The notes beneath the pieces are model-generated. The model did no database searches, was not told where the DNA came from, and saw only the letters and a list, made by a program, of their open reading frames with translations. This document shows positions 45,113 to 53,853 of a DNA stretch of 64,000 nt, one piece after another. Position 1 is the stretch's first letter. Each line of letters begins with the position of its first letter. The position numbers and the translations under genes are program-made. The stretch is from an uncultured bacterium (GTDB taxonomy: Bacteria > Verrucomicrobiota > Kiritimatiellia > RFP12 > UBA1067): the NCBI GenBank assembly GCA_902764415.1, contig CACWVU010000009.1, positions 3,438-67,437 on the forward strand, given 5' to 3'.

Positions 45113-47593
45113 ATGAGAGTATACGAACTGGCGAAAGAGGCGGGCGTGACGAGCGCCGACGTCATCAAGGCGGCGGAGGCCGCCGGCATCGCCGTCACGA
45201 GCGCGATCAGCGCGGTCGACGGGTCAGACGCCGACCGTCTGCGCGGGGCGCTGGCGGCCGGCGGCTCGGGTGCGCTCGCGAAGCGCGAGGACAAGCGGCG
45301 CCGCGCGGCGGAGCTCAACGCGAAGTTCTTCGCCGAGCAGAGCGCGAAGCTCGCCGAGCACCTGCGCGTCGCCAAGGCGGCGGCGGAGGGCGGCAAGCAG
45401 CCCGCGGCAAAGCCGGCGGACGCCGCGCCCGCGGTGAAGCCAGAGCCCGAGTCCGCGGCGAAGCCGGCGGAGGCCGAGAAGCCCGCCGCGCCCGCGAAGC
45501 CGACGATCCGCATGGCGCCCGGCTACAAGCCGAAGACCGCCGGCGCCGCGCCCGCGTTCGCCAAGACCGGCCTCACCCACGCCGGCTTCAAGCCGCTCCA
45601 GAAGGCGAAGCCGGCCCCCTCGATCTCCATCTCCGTCGCCGCGCCGCCGAAGCCCAAGCCGCCGAAGCCGGTCAGCTACGACGACGACTACGAGCGCGGC
45701 AACCGCAAGGGCAAGAAGGACCGCGAGGGGCAGAAGAGCTTCGACAAGCGCGTGCCGCGCGTCGCCCAGGTGGTGCCGCAGCAGGGCGGCAGGATCTCGG
45801 TGGACGAGACCAACCGCGAGATCTCCATCCGCGGCGCGGTGATCGTGAAGGACCTCGCCGCCAAGCTGAACATCAAGCCCAACCGGCTCATCGCCGACCT
45901 GATGGGGCTGAAGATCCTCGCCTCCATCAACCAGCGCGTCGAGCCCGACGTCGCCACCAAGGTGGCCGAGAAGTACGGCTTCAAGGTGACGATCGAGCAC
46001 GCGCGCGACAAGGCGGCCGCGAAGCCGGTCCTGAAGGCGATCGACGCGGACGACCTCATCCCCGAGGATCCGCCCGAGACGCTGCGCCCGCGCGCGCCGG
46101 TGATCACATTCCTCGGCCACGTCGACCACGGCAAGACCACGCTGATGGACTACATCCGCAAGGAGCACGTCGCCGCGGGCGAGGCCGGCGGCATCACCCA
46201 GCAGATCTCCGCCTACCAGGTGGACGTCGCCGGGCGCAAGATCACCTTCCTCGACACCCCCGGCCACGCCGCCTTCAGCGCGATGCGCGCGCGCGGCGCC
46301 CAGATCACCGACATCGCCGTCCTCATCATCGCGGCGGACGACGGCATCATGCCCCAGACCGAGGAGTGCATCAAGGTCTGCCGCCAGGCCGGCGTCCAGA
46401 TCATGGTGGCGATCACCAAGTGCGACAAGCCCACCGCCAACGTCGACCGCGTCAAGCAGCAGCTGCAGAAGCGCGGCCTCACGCCAGAGGACTGGGGCGG
46501 CGACATCATCTGCTGCCCGGTCTCCGGCGTCTCCGGCGAGGGCGTGGACGCGCTCTTGGAGAATATCCTCGTCCAGGCCGAGGTGCTGGAGCTCCAGGCC
46601 AACCCCAACCGCCGCGCAAACGGCTTCGTGATCGAGTCCGAGCTGCAGCAGGGCCTCGGCCCCTGCGCCACGCTGCTCGTCACCGGCGGCACGCTCAAGG
46701 TGGGCGACGCCATCCTCATCGGCGAGCACTTCGGCAAGGTGCGCGCGCTCATCGACGACCGCGGCCGCCGCGTCAAGGAGGCTCCGCCGGCGACGCCGGT
46801 GAAGTGCACGGGCCTCTCGGGCGTCCCCGAAGCCGGCGCCGAGTTCCGCGTGATGCTCGACGAGAAGCGCGCGCGCACCCTCGCCGAGCAGACGGCGCAG
46901 GAGAAGAAGGAGGAGGCGCTCGCCAACTCCAAGACCGTCACCCTCGACGCGCTCATGAGCGCGATGGCGGCGGAGGGCCAGCGCGAGCTCAACGTCATCG
47001 TCAAGTCCGACACCCAGGGCTCGCTCGAGGCGATCGTCCAGGCGCTCAACGAGATCAAGTCCGACAAGGTCTCGCTCAACGTCATCGGCACCGGCACCGG
47101 CAACGTCTCGCTCACCGACGTCAAGTCCGCCGCCGCCGGCAAGGCGGTGATCGTCGGCTTCGACATCGGCAATGACGCGGGCGTGCAGAACCAGGCCCGC
47201 CACGACGGCGTCAGGATCAACTCCTTCCGCATCATCTACGAGCTCATCGACCACGTCAAGAGCTGCATGCTCGACCTGCTGCCGCCGGAGTACAAGGAGG
47301 TGGTGCTCGGCCACGCCGAGATCAAGGCCATCTACGACATCGGCAAGCTCGGCAAGATCGCCGGCTCCCAGATGCTCGACGGCCGCCTCGTCGCCAAGGA
47401 GAAGTACCGCATCCTGCGCAACGGCGAGAAGGTGTGGGACGGCAAGGTGCAGACCCTGCGCCACTTCAAGGACGAGGTCAAGGAGGTCGCCGGCCAGCAG
47501 GAGTGCGGCGTGTGCTTCGCCGGCTACGAGGGCTTCCAGACCGGCGACACGATCGAATGCTACTCGCTCGAGGAGCTGCCGCGCTCGCTGTGA
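45113..47593 (+). CDS. infB: Translation initiation factor IF-2
   Basis: G domain GHVDHGKTTL, DTPGHAAF, TKCD. A/K/P-rich N-terminal region. Confidence 0.97.
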   Translation: MRVYELAKEAGVTSADVIKAAEAAGIAVTSAISAVDGSDADRLRGALAAGGSGALAKREDKRRRAAELNAKFFAEQSAKLAEHLRVAKAAAEGGKQPAAKPADAAPAVKPEPESAAKPAEAEKPAAPAKPTIRMAPGYKPKTAGAAPAFAKTGLTHAGFKPLQKAKPAPSISISVAAPPKPKPPKPVSYDDDYERGNRKGKKDREGQKSFDKRVPRVAQVVPQQGGRISVDETNREISIRGAVIVKDLAAKLNIKPNRLIADLMGLKILASINQRVEPDVATKVAEKYGFKVTIEHARDKAAAKPVLKAIDADDLIPEDPPETLRPRAPVITFLGHVDHGKTTLMDYIRKEHVAAGEAGGITQQISAYQVDVAGRKITFLDTPGHAAFSAMRARGAQITDIAVLIIAADDGIMPQTEECIKVCRQAGVQIMVAITKCDKPTANVDRVKQQLQKRGLTPEDWGGDIICCPVSGVSGEGVDALLENILVQAEVLELQANPNRRANGFVIESELQQGLGPCATLLVTGGTLKVGDAILIGEHFGKVRALIDDRGRRVKEAPPATPVKCTGLSGVPEAGAEFRVMLDEKRARTLAEQTAQEKKEEALANSKTVTLDALMSAMAAEGQRELNVIVKSDTQGSLEAIVQALNEIKSDKVSLNVIGTGTGNVSLTDVKSAAAGKAVIVGFDIGNDAGVQNQARHDGVRINSFRIIYELIDHVKSCMLDLLPPEYKEVVLGHAEIKAIYDIGKLGKIAGSQMLDGRLVAKEKYRILRNGEKVWDGKVQTLRHFKDEVKEVAGQQECGVCFAGYEGFQTGDTIECYSLEELPRSL

Positions 47594-50130
47594 GCCGCGC
47601 GGCCTTCCTCGTCGCCTTCGCCGCCGCGGCGCTTTCCGCGGCGGCCGGCGTTTGCCCTGCGCCGTTCGCCGAGGCGGTGGTGCCGGACGACGCGAGCGAG
47701 AGCCAGCTCTACGCCGCCGCCGAGTTCGCCGCCTACCACGGGCGCATCGCCGGCGGCCGGGTCGAGGTGGTCCGCGCCTCCGTCGCCACCAACGCCGTCC
47801 GCCGCCTGCGCATCGAAACCGCCGCGGACGCGGACGGTCTCGGCGAGGACGGCTTCCGCCTCGTCTCCGGGGACGGCTCCGACCTGCTCGTCGTCGCCTC
47901 GGCGGCGCGCGGCTGCCTCTACGGCGTCTACGAGGCGCTGGAGCGCTTCGGCGGCGTGAGGTGGTACTCGAGCAGCTGCGAATCGGTGCCGAAGAGGGCG
48001 CGGCTGGAGATTCCCGCCGGACTCGACGAAGTCCAGCTCCCCGCGTTCGAGATGCGCCAGTGCCTCTGGTCGGACGTTATCGCCCACCCCGACTTCGCCG
48101 CGCGCCTCCGCATGAACGGCTTCAGCCACGCCCGGTCCGCCTCGGCGAAGTACGGCGGCGACTCCTACCGCTTCGGAGGCGGGCTTTCGAGCTGCCACAC
48201 CTTCAACACGCTGCTGCCGCCCGAGCAGTACTTCGACGCCCACCCCGAGTACTTCTCCATGGTCGGCGGCAGGAGGCTGAAGGAGCACACCCAGCTATGC
48301 CTCACCAACCCGGACGTCCTCGCGATCGTCATCTCCAACGTCCTCGCGCGCATCCGCGCCGACCCCGGGGCGAAGTTCTACGGGGTGAGCCAGAACGACT
48401 GGTTCAACGGCTGCGAGTGCCCGCGCTGCGCCGCGGTCGACGCCGAGGAGGAGTCGCGCGCCGGCACGATGGTCCGCTTCGTCAACGCCGTCGCCGAGGC
48501 GGTCGAGCGCGAGTTCCCCGGCGTGCTGATCGAGACCCTCGCCTACCAGTACACCCGCCGCCCGCCGAAGAAGACGCGCCTGAGGCGCAACGTCGTCCCC
48601 TGCCTCTGCACCATCGAGTGCGACTTCGCCCACCCCATCGCCGGCGGCGTGTACCCCGAGACCGCGTCCTTCCGCCGCGACATCGACGGCTGGGCTGCCC
48701 AGACCGACGCCCTCTACCTCTGGGACTACACCACCTGCTTCAGCTCCTATCCCCAGGTGTTCCCCAACGGCGGCGTGCTGCAGGAGAACCTCAGGTTCTT
48801 CCGCGACCACAGTGTGAAGATGATGTTCGAGCAGGGCGCCTACCAGGGCTCCCACGCCCACTTCGCCGAGCTGAAGTCATGGCTGCTCGCCAAGCTGATG
48901 TGGAACCCGGACCAGCCGCTCGGCCCGCTCCTCGACGACTTCTTTGGCGGCTTCTACGGCAAGGCCGCGTCCGTCGTCCGCGCCGACTACGAGGACGCCG
49001 TCGCGCGCTACGCCGCGCGTCCGGACGTCCCGCTCTCGATCTTCGACAACTGCCGGCTCGCCGCGCTCGGCGAGGACTACTTCGCCGCCGCCGAGGAAAG
49101 GCGCCGCGCCGCGCTCGACATTGCCGCGGCCGACGGCGCCGAGCGCCTGCGCAACGTGAAGGCGTGGGCGTTCTCGGTCGACTTCACCCGCTTCGCGAGG
49201 CTGATGGCGAAGGGACGGAGCACGCCGGCCGAGGAGCGGCTCTACGCGGAGCTGGCCGACCGCCTCCGCGGCGAACTCGACGCGTCGCCGTCCATCCGCC
49301 TCGCCGAGAACGGCGAGGCCAACCGGCGGTTCGCCGACGCCATCCGCGCCGCCGCGCCGCGCCGCGCCCTTGCGCGCGAAAACCTCCTCGCCCACCGCGG
49401 CATGAGCGAAGACGCGCCCGAGAACACGCCGAGCGCCTACCGCCGCGCGGTCGAGCGCGGCTTCGGCTTCGAGTGCGACGTCTACCTCACCCGCGACGGA
49501 CGCGTCTTCAGCTTCCACGACCCGACGCTGAAGCGCATCGCCGGCATCGACAAGCGCTGCGCCGACTGCACCTGGGACGAGGTGAAGGACCTCGACGTCG
49601 GCAGCTGGAAGGGGAAGGAGTGGGCGAACGAGCGGCCGTGCCTCTTTGAGGACATCCTCGCCCTTGCGCGCGAAGGCAGGCTCGTCGAGGTGGACGTCAA
49701 GGCCGGGCCGGAGATCGTCCCGGCGATCAAGCGCCTCGTCGAGTCGCAGACCAACGCGACGCCGCGCAACCTCGTCTTCGCCTCGGCGCGGTCGGAGACA
49801 ATCGCGGCGCTCCGCGCGGCGATGCCGGACTTCCAGGCGTGGATGGGCGTCACCTGCCGCCGCGGATGGGGGCGGAAGGACCCGCCGCGTCCGGTCGAGG
49901 AGGCGCTGGAGATCGTCCGGCGCTCGAAGGCGACCGGCGTCGCGCTCCAGTTCAACCCGGCAATCGTCACCGCGGACTACATCGCCGCCTTCCACCGGGC
50001 AGGGTACTATGTCAACGTCTGGACCGTGGACGACGCCAAGTCGGCGCTGCTCGCAATCGAGCGCGGCGCCGACACCGTCACCTCCAACCGCCCCAGCCAG
50101 CTGCTGGAAGAGTCTCGGCCACAGCAATAG
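47590..50130 (+). CDS. Secreted fusion: DUF4838 (GH20-like) domain + glycerophosphodiester phosphodiesterase (GDPD) domain
   Basis: GTG overlapping the infB stop (GTGA) gives signal-like VSRAAFLVAFAAAALSAAAG; the start is uncertain. GCLYGVYEALERFGGVRWY and CECPRC are typical of DUF4838. The C-terminal LLAHRGMSEDAPENTPSAYRRAVERGFGFECDVYLTRDG is a GDPD signature. Confidence 0.7.
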   Translation: MSRAAFLVAFAAAALSAAAGVCPAPFAEAVVPDDASESQLYAAAEFAAYHGRIAGGRVEVVRASVATNAVRRLRIETAADADGLGEDGFRLVSGDGSDLLVVASAARGCLYGVYEALERFGGVRWYSSSCESVPKRARLEIPAGLDEVQLPAFEMRQCLWSDVIAHPDFAARLRMNGFSHARSASAKYGGDSYRFGGGLSSCHTFNTLLPPEQYFDAHPEYFSMVGGRRLKEHTQLCLTNPDVLAIVISNVLARIRADPGAKFYGVSQNDWFNGCECPRCAAVDAEEESRAGTMVRFVNAVAEAVEREFPGVLIETLAYQYTRRPPKKTRLRRNVVPCLCTIECDFAHPIAGGVYPETASFRRDIDGWAAQTDALYLWDYTTCFSSYPQVFPNGGVLQENLRFFRDHSVKMMFEQGAYQGSHAHFAELKSWLLAKLMWNPDQPLGPLLDDFFGGFYGKAASVVRADYEDAVARYAARPDVPLSIFDNCRLAALGEDYFAAAEERRRAALDIAAADGAERLRNVKAWAFSVDFTRFARLMAKGRSTPAEERLYAELADRLRGELDASPSIRLAENGEANRRFADAIRAAAPRRALARENLLAHRGMSEDAPENTPSAYRRAVERGFGFECDVYLTRDGRVFSFHDPTLKRIAGIDKRCADCTWDEVKDLDVGSWKGKEWANERPCLFEDILALAREGRLVEVDVKAGPEIVPAIKRLVESQTNATPRNLVFASARSETIAALRAAMPDFQAWMGVTCRRGWGRKDPPRPVEEALEIVRRSKATGVALQFNPAIVTADYIAAFHRAGYYVNVWTVDDAKSALLAIERGADTVTSNRPSQLLEESRPQQ

Positions 50131-50177
50131 GCATCTGGGCACGATTCCCCAAACCACGCGCCGCGAGCCGTGAAATT

Positions 50178-50186
50178 TGGTATAAT
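50178..50186 (+). promoter_or_regulatory. Extended -10 promoter TGGTATAAT at the core/island junction (no obvious core gene downstream)
   Basis: aaatTTGGTATAATatgc. GC content drops immediately downstream. The next long ORF is hsdM, 160 nt away. Confidence 0.4.
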
Positions 50187-50346
50187 ATGCGCCAGTGAGC
50201 CTGAACAACACCATACGCATGTGCTCTGCCGTGCTGTCTACCATTTCCGCCGCGTCGGCGACGGATATAGGTGACATAAGGAGGTAATAGGATGAGTGCG
50301 GCATTGGTGTCGTGTACATGTAAGTCAAAAATGCTATATACACATA

Positions 50347-51966
50347 ATGGCGCAGCTTGAACATATAGAGGCGATTGAGAAGCGGCTTTGGAGCGCGGCG
50401 GATACGCTGCGGGCGAATTCCAATTTCGCCGCGAACGAGTTTTTTATGCCCGTGATGGGGCTTATCTTCCTTCGCCATGCCTACAGCCGGTATCTGGCGG
50501 TGAAGGACGAGGTGGTCAAGTCGCTGCCGTCGCGGGGCGGTAAGACGCGCGAGCCGACGAAGGAGGACTTCTCCGCGAAGGGTGCCGTGTTTCTCCGTCC
50601 GGAGGCGCAGTTCGACTATCTTGTCTCGCTGCCCGATTCCGCCAATCGTGCCGAGGCCATCATCAGCGCGATGGAGTCCATCGAGGCGGACTACGAATCG
50701 CTGAAGGGCGTTCTGCCGAAGGAGGAATACAACGAGCTGGACAACGAAATTCTCGGACAGCTCCTGCGCAAGCTGAATCCCGAAGAGCTGAAGAATATGT
50801 CGGGCGACGTGTTCGGGCGCATCTACGAATACTTCCTCACGCAGTTCGCCGGCACCAAGGCGCATGACGGCGGCGAGTTCTTCACGCCCATTTCGCTCGT
50901 CTCATTCATCGCCAAGGTGCTAGAGACGGATTCGGGAATCGTCCTCGATCCGGCCTGCGGGTCGGGCGGCATGTTCGTGCAGTCCGCCCGCGTCGTCGAA
51001 CGCCAGAACGAGAACCCCACGGAGAAGCTGACGTTCTTCGGGATGGAGAAGAACGCGACGACGATCCGTCTGGCGAAGATGAACCTGGCCGTTCACGGTC
51101 TGGAAGGCGACATCAAAAAGGCAATCACCTATTACGAAGACCCGCACGAACTGATTGGCAAGGTCGATTTCGTGATGGCGAATCCGCCGTTCAACGTGGA
51201 TGAAATCGACGCGGACAAGATCAAGAACGATCCCCGTCTTCCGTTCGGGCTTCCGAGCGTGAACGACAAAGGCAAGGTCTCGAACGGCAATTACGTCTGG
51301 ATCAGCTACTTCTACAGCTACCTGAACGAACATGGCCGCGCCGGATTCGTGATGGCGGCTGGCGCGGAGTCTGCGGGACGCGGCGACGCGCTCGTCCGGC
51401 GGAAGCTGATCGAGACGGGGGACGTCGATGTGATGGTCTCCATCCGCTCGAACTTCTTCTACACGCGGACGGTCCCGTGCGTCCTGTGGTTCCTGAATCG
51501 TGCGAAGAAGACGAAGGAGCAGAAGAATATCGTGCTGATGATTGACGCGCGGAACGTCTATCGCAAGGTGACGCGCAAGATCAACGACTTCTCGCCCGAG
51601 CAGGAACAGAACCTCTTGGCCATCGTGTGGCTATATCGCGGCGAGACGAAACGCTACAAGGAACTTTTGTCGCATTACCGAAAGAACGGAGAGGACGAGG
51701 CGGCGGACTGGCTGGAGGAACGCTTCCTAGATGGCAAGTACCGTGATGTGGAAGGGCTGGTCAAGGCCGTCACGCGAGAGGAGATCGCGGCAAACGACTG
51801 GTCGCTCACACCGGGCCGCTACGTGGGCGTAGCCGAGACGGACGACAACGATGAGGACTTCGCTGAGAAATTCGCGGCACTCCACGAGGAACTGCGCAAG
51901 CTGAACGCCGAGGCTGCAACGCTCGCCAAGAAGATCGACGCCAACTTCAAGGAGCTGATGGGATGA
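50347..51966 (+). CDS. hsdM: Type I restriction-modification system, methyltransferase subunit
   Basis: HsdM N-domain LWSAADTLRANSNFAANEFFMPVMGLIFLRH; SAM motif VLDPACGSGGMF; catalytic VMANPPFNV. Confidence 0.92.
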   Translation: MAQLEHIEAIEKRLWSAADTLRANSNFAANEFFMPVMGLIFLRHAYSRYLAVKDEVVKSLPSRGGKTREPTKEDFSAKGAVFLRPEAQFDYLVSLPDSANRAEAIISAMESIEADYESLKGVLPKEEYNELDNEILGQLLRKLNPEELKNMSGDVFGRIYEYFLTQFAGTKAHDGGEFFTPISLVSFIAKVLETDSGIVLDPACGSGGMFVQSARVVERQNENPTEKLTFFGMEKNATTIRLAKMNLAVHGLEGDIKKAITYYEDPHELIGKVDFVMANPPFNVDEIDADKIKNDPRLPFGLPSVNDKGKVSNGNYVWISYFYSYLNEHGRAGFVMAAGAESAGRGDALVRRKLIETGDVDVMVSIRSNFFYTRTVPCVLWFLNRAKKTKEQKNIVLMIDARNVYRKVTRKINDFSPEQEQNLLAIVWLYRGETKRYKELLSHYRKNGEDEAADWLEERFLDGKYRDVEGLVKAVTREEIAANDWSLTPGRYVGVAETDDNDEDFAEKFAALHEELRKLNAEAATLAKKIDANFKELMG

Positions 51967-53759
51967 GATGGACGATTGAACAGCTTAAGTCCGTTCGTGA
52001 ATCGGAGGACAAGGTCGAATTTAAACGCGGCGAGGGCGGAAACATTGCGTATGATGGCGGATCTCGAATAAAGCCAGCTGAAAGGCGGCGTTGTATTCTG
52101 GGGTATGTAATTGCTTTATGTAACGAAAACGGCGGATCTCTCGTCATTGGGATGGATGACAAGTATCCGCATTGTGTAATCGGCACTAAGCAAGCCGAGA
52201 GCGCGTTGGGGGATCTGGAAGCGCACATATACCGGGATACTGGCATTCGACCAGAGGTATATGAGCTCTTTGAGAATGAGGCTGAAAAGGAAGGTCGCGT
52301 CGTTGTGATTGATGTGCCGCCTCGTCCAATTGGCCGTGTTTATAAGTTTGAAGACGTGGCGCTAATGCGTGTGGGTGAAGAACTTAAGCCGATGTCTGAC
52401 GAATGTTATTGCCGAATTGTTCAAGAGCAGGAGCCAGACTTTTCCCAGCAGATATGCGAGGGTGTGGACATTCTTGATCTTGATGACGAAGCAATTTCCG
52501 TCATGCGTAAGAAGTATGCGGAGAAGCAACACAACCAGAAGTTCCTCACGCTTGACAAATTGCAAATCTTGACGGATCTTGACTTGGTGCGCGATGACCA
52601 TGTCACGAACGCTGCCGTCCTGCTTTTGGGGAAAGAGAAAATTATTAGGGAACGGATTCCTCAGGCTGCCGTGATGATTGAATATCGGTCTGCCGAGTCG
52701 CGTATACCATTTGACAATCGAGTGGAATACCGCAAACCGTTCTTCTTGATGATTGATGAGTTGTGGCATGACATTAATCTCCGTAATGGAGGATTCTCGG
52801 TTAAGGAGGGGCCCTATATCTTTACAGTTCCATATTTCAATGAAGAGGTTATCCGTGAGTCTATCAACAATGCGATAGCACACCGCGATTATCGCCGTCA
52901 GAGTGAGACGGTGATTAAGCTTTATCCCGAGAAGATGACGATTATCAATGCCGGAGGATTTCCAAACGGCGTGACAGTTGGAAATCTTCTGACTGTGCCC
53001 AGTACACCGCGAAATCGTCTTCTGGCGGATGTCTTGTCCAAGACTGGCGTCGTGGAACGTTCAGGCCAAGGCGTGGACAAGATTTATTACAATACACTTT
53101 CGGAAGGAAAGGAGGCGCCGGACTATTCGGGAAGTGATGACTTTAAGGTCGAACTGACGCTGTCGGCAACAATGAAGGATCGCGGATTTGCATTGTTCAT
53201 TGAGTCTGTCCAACAGACTTTGCCAGACAATCGCAAGCTTTCGGTTCTTGAGATCCTGACGTTGTCGAAAATCCGTGACGGTGTACCCTCGCCTCAACTT
53301 GATAAAGACATCCTGCACAAGTTGCTGGAGCGGAATCTGATCGAGAAACGAGGGAAGACGAGGGGGATGTCGTATATTTTGGGGCGCAGTTACTATGATT
53401 TTACAGGAGACCTTGCGGAGTATCAAAGGCGGAGTGAATGGGGGCAGGATCAAATGCTTTCGGTAATATTGCCTTTGTTTGGTAAGGTAAGAGCCGCCAA
53501 AATGGGTGATTTTGCCAAACTGCTTGAAGGTCACATGACCCGTCGCCAGATACGCGTTGGCATCCAGAAATTCGTGGATGTTGGAATTTTGGTTTCTGAA
53601 GGGACTGGTGCCGGAACGCGCTATAGCCTAAGCGAGACATACAAGGAGAGGACAAAAATATTGGATGAAGCGCTTATTATTGGATTGAAGGAGATTGCTA
53701 AAAGGGAATGGCCAGAAAAAGGCCAAGAAACAGGTGAGAAAGAGGGAGAAAAAGCCTAA
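51963..53759 (+). CDS. AlbA_2 (divergent AAA/Schlafen-like) + HATPase_c_4 domain protein with C-terminal wHTH-like region
   Basis: ESEDKVEFKRGEGG...YVIALCNENGGSLVIGMDD (AlbA_2). RESINNAIAHRDYRRQSETVIKLYPEKMTIINAGGFP...TPRNRLLADVLSKTGVVERSGQGVDKIY (HATPase_c_4). Start overlaps the hsdM stop (ATGA). Confidence 0.8.
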   Translation: MRWTIEQLKSVRESEDKVEFKRGEGGNIAYDGGSRIKPAERRRCILGYVIALCNENGGSLVIGMDDKYPHCVIGTKQAESALGDLEAHIYRDTGIRPEVYELFENEAEKEGRVVVIDVPPRPIGRVYKFEDVALMRVGEELKPMSDECYCRIVQEQEPDFSQQICEGVDILDLDDEAISVMRKKYAEKQHNQKFLTLDKLQILTDLDLVRDDHVTNAAVLLLGKEKIIRERIPQAAVMIEYRSAESRIPFDNRVEYRKPFFLMIDELWHDINLRNGGFSVKEGPYIFTVPYFNEEVIRESINNAIAHRDYRRQSETVIKLYPEKMTIINAGGFPNGVTVGNLLTVPSTPRNRLLADVLSKTGVVERSGQGVDKIYYNTLSEGKEAPDYSGSDDFKVELTLSATMKDRGFALFIESVQQTLPDNRKLSVLEILTLSKIRDGVPSPQLDKDILHKLLERNLIEKRGKTRGMSYILGRSYYDFTGDLAEYQRRSEWGQDQMLSVILPLFGKVRAAKMGDFAKLLEGHMTRRQIRVGIQKFVDVGILVSEGTGAGTRYSLSETYKERTKILDEALIIGLKEIAKREWPEKGQETGEKEGEKA

Positions 53760-53853
53760 ACCGGCCGACGTAAATGCCAATAATTGCGATTATTCGCATA
53801 AATAATTCAGTTAGAAATGTCCAAGCAATGTCCAATTTGAAGTGGTAGAAGAG

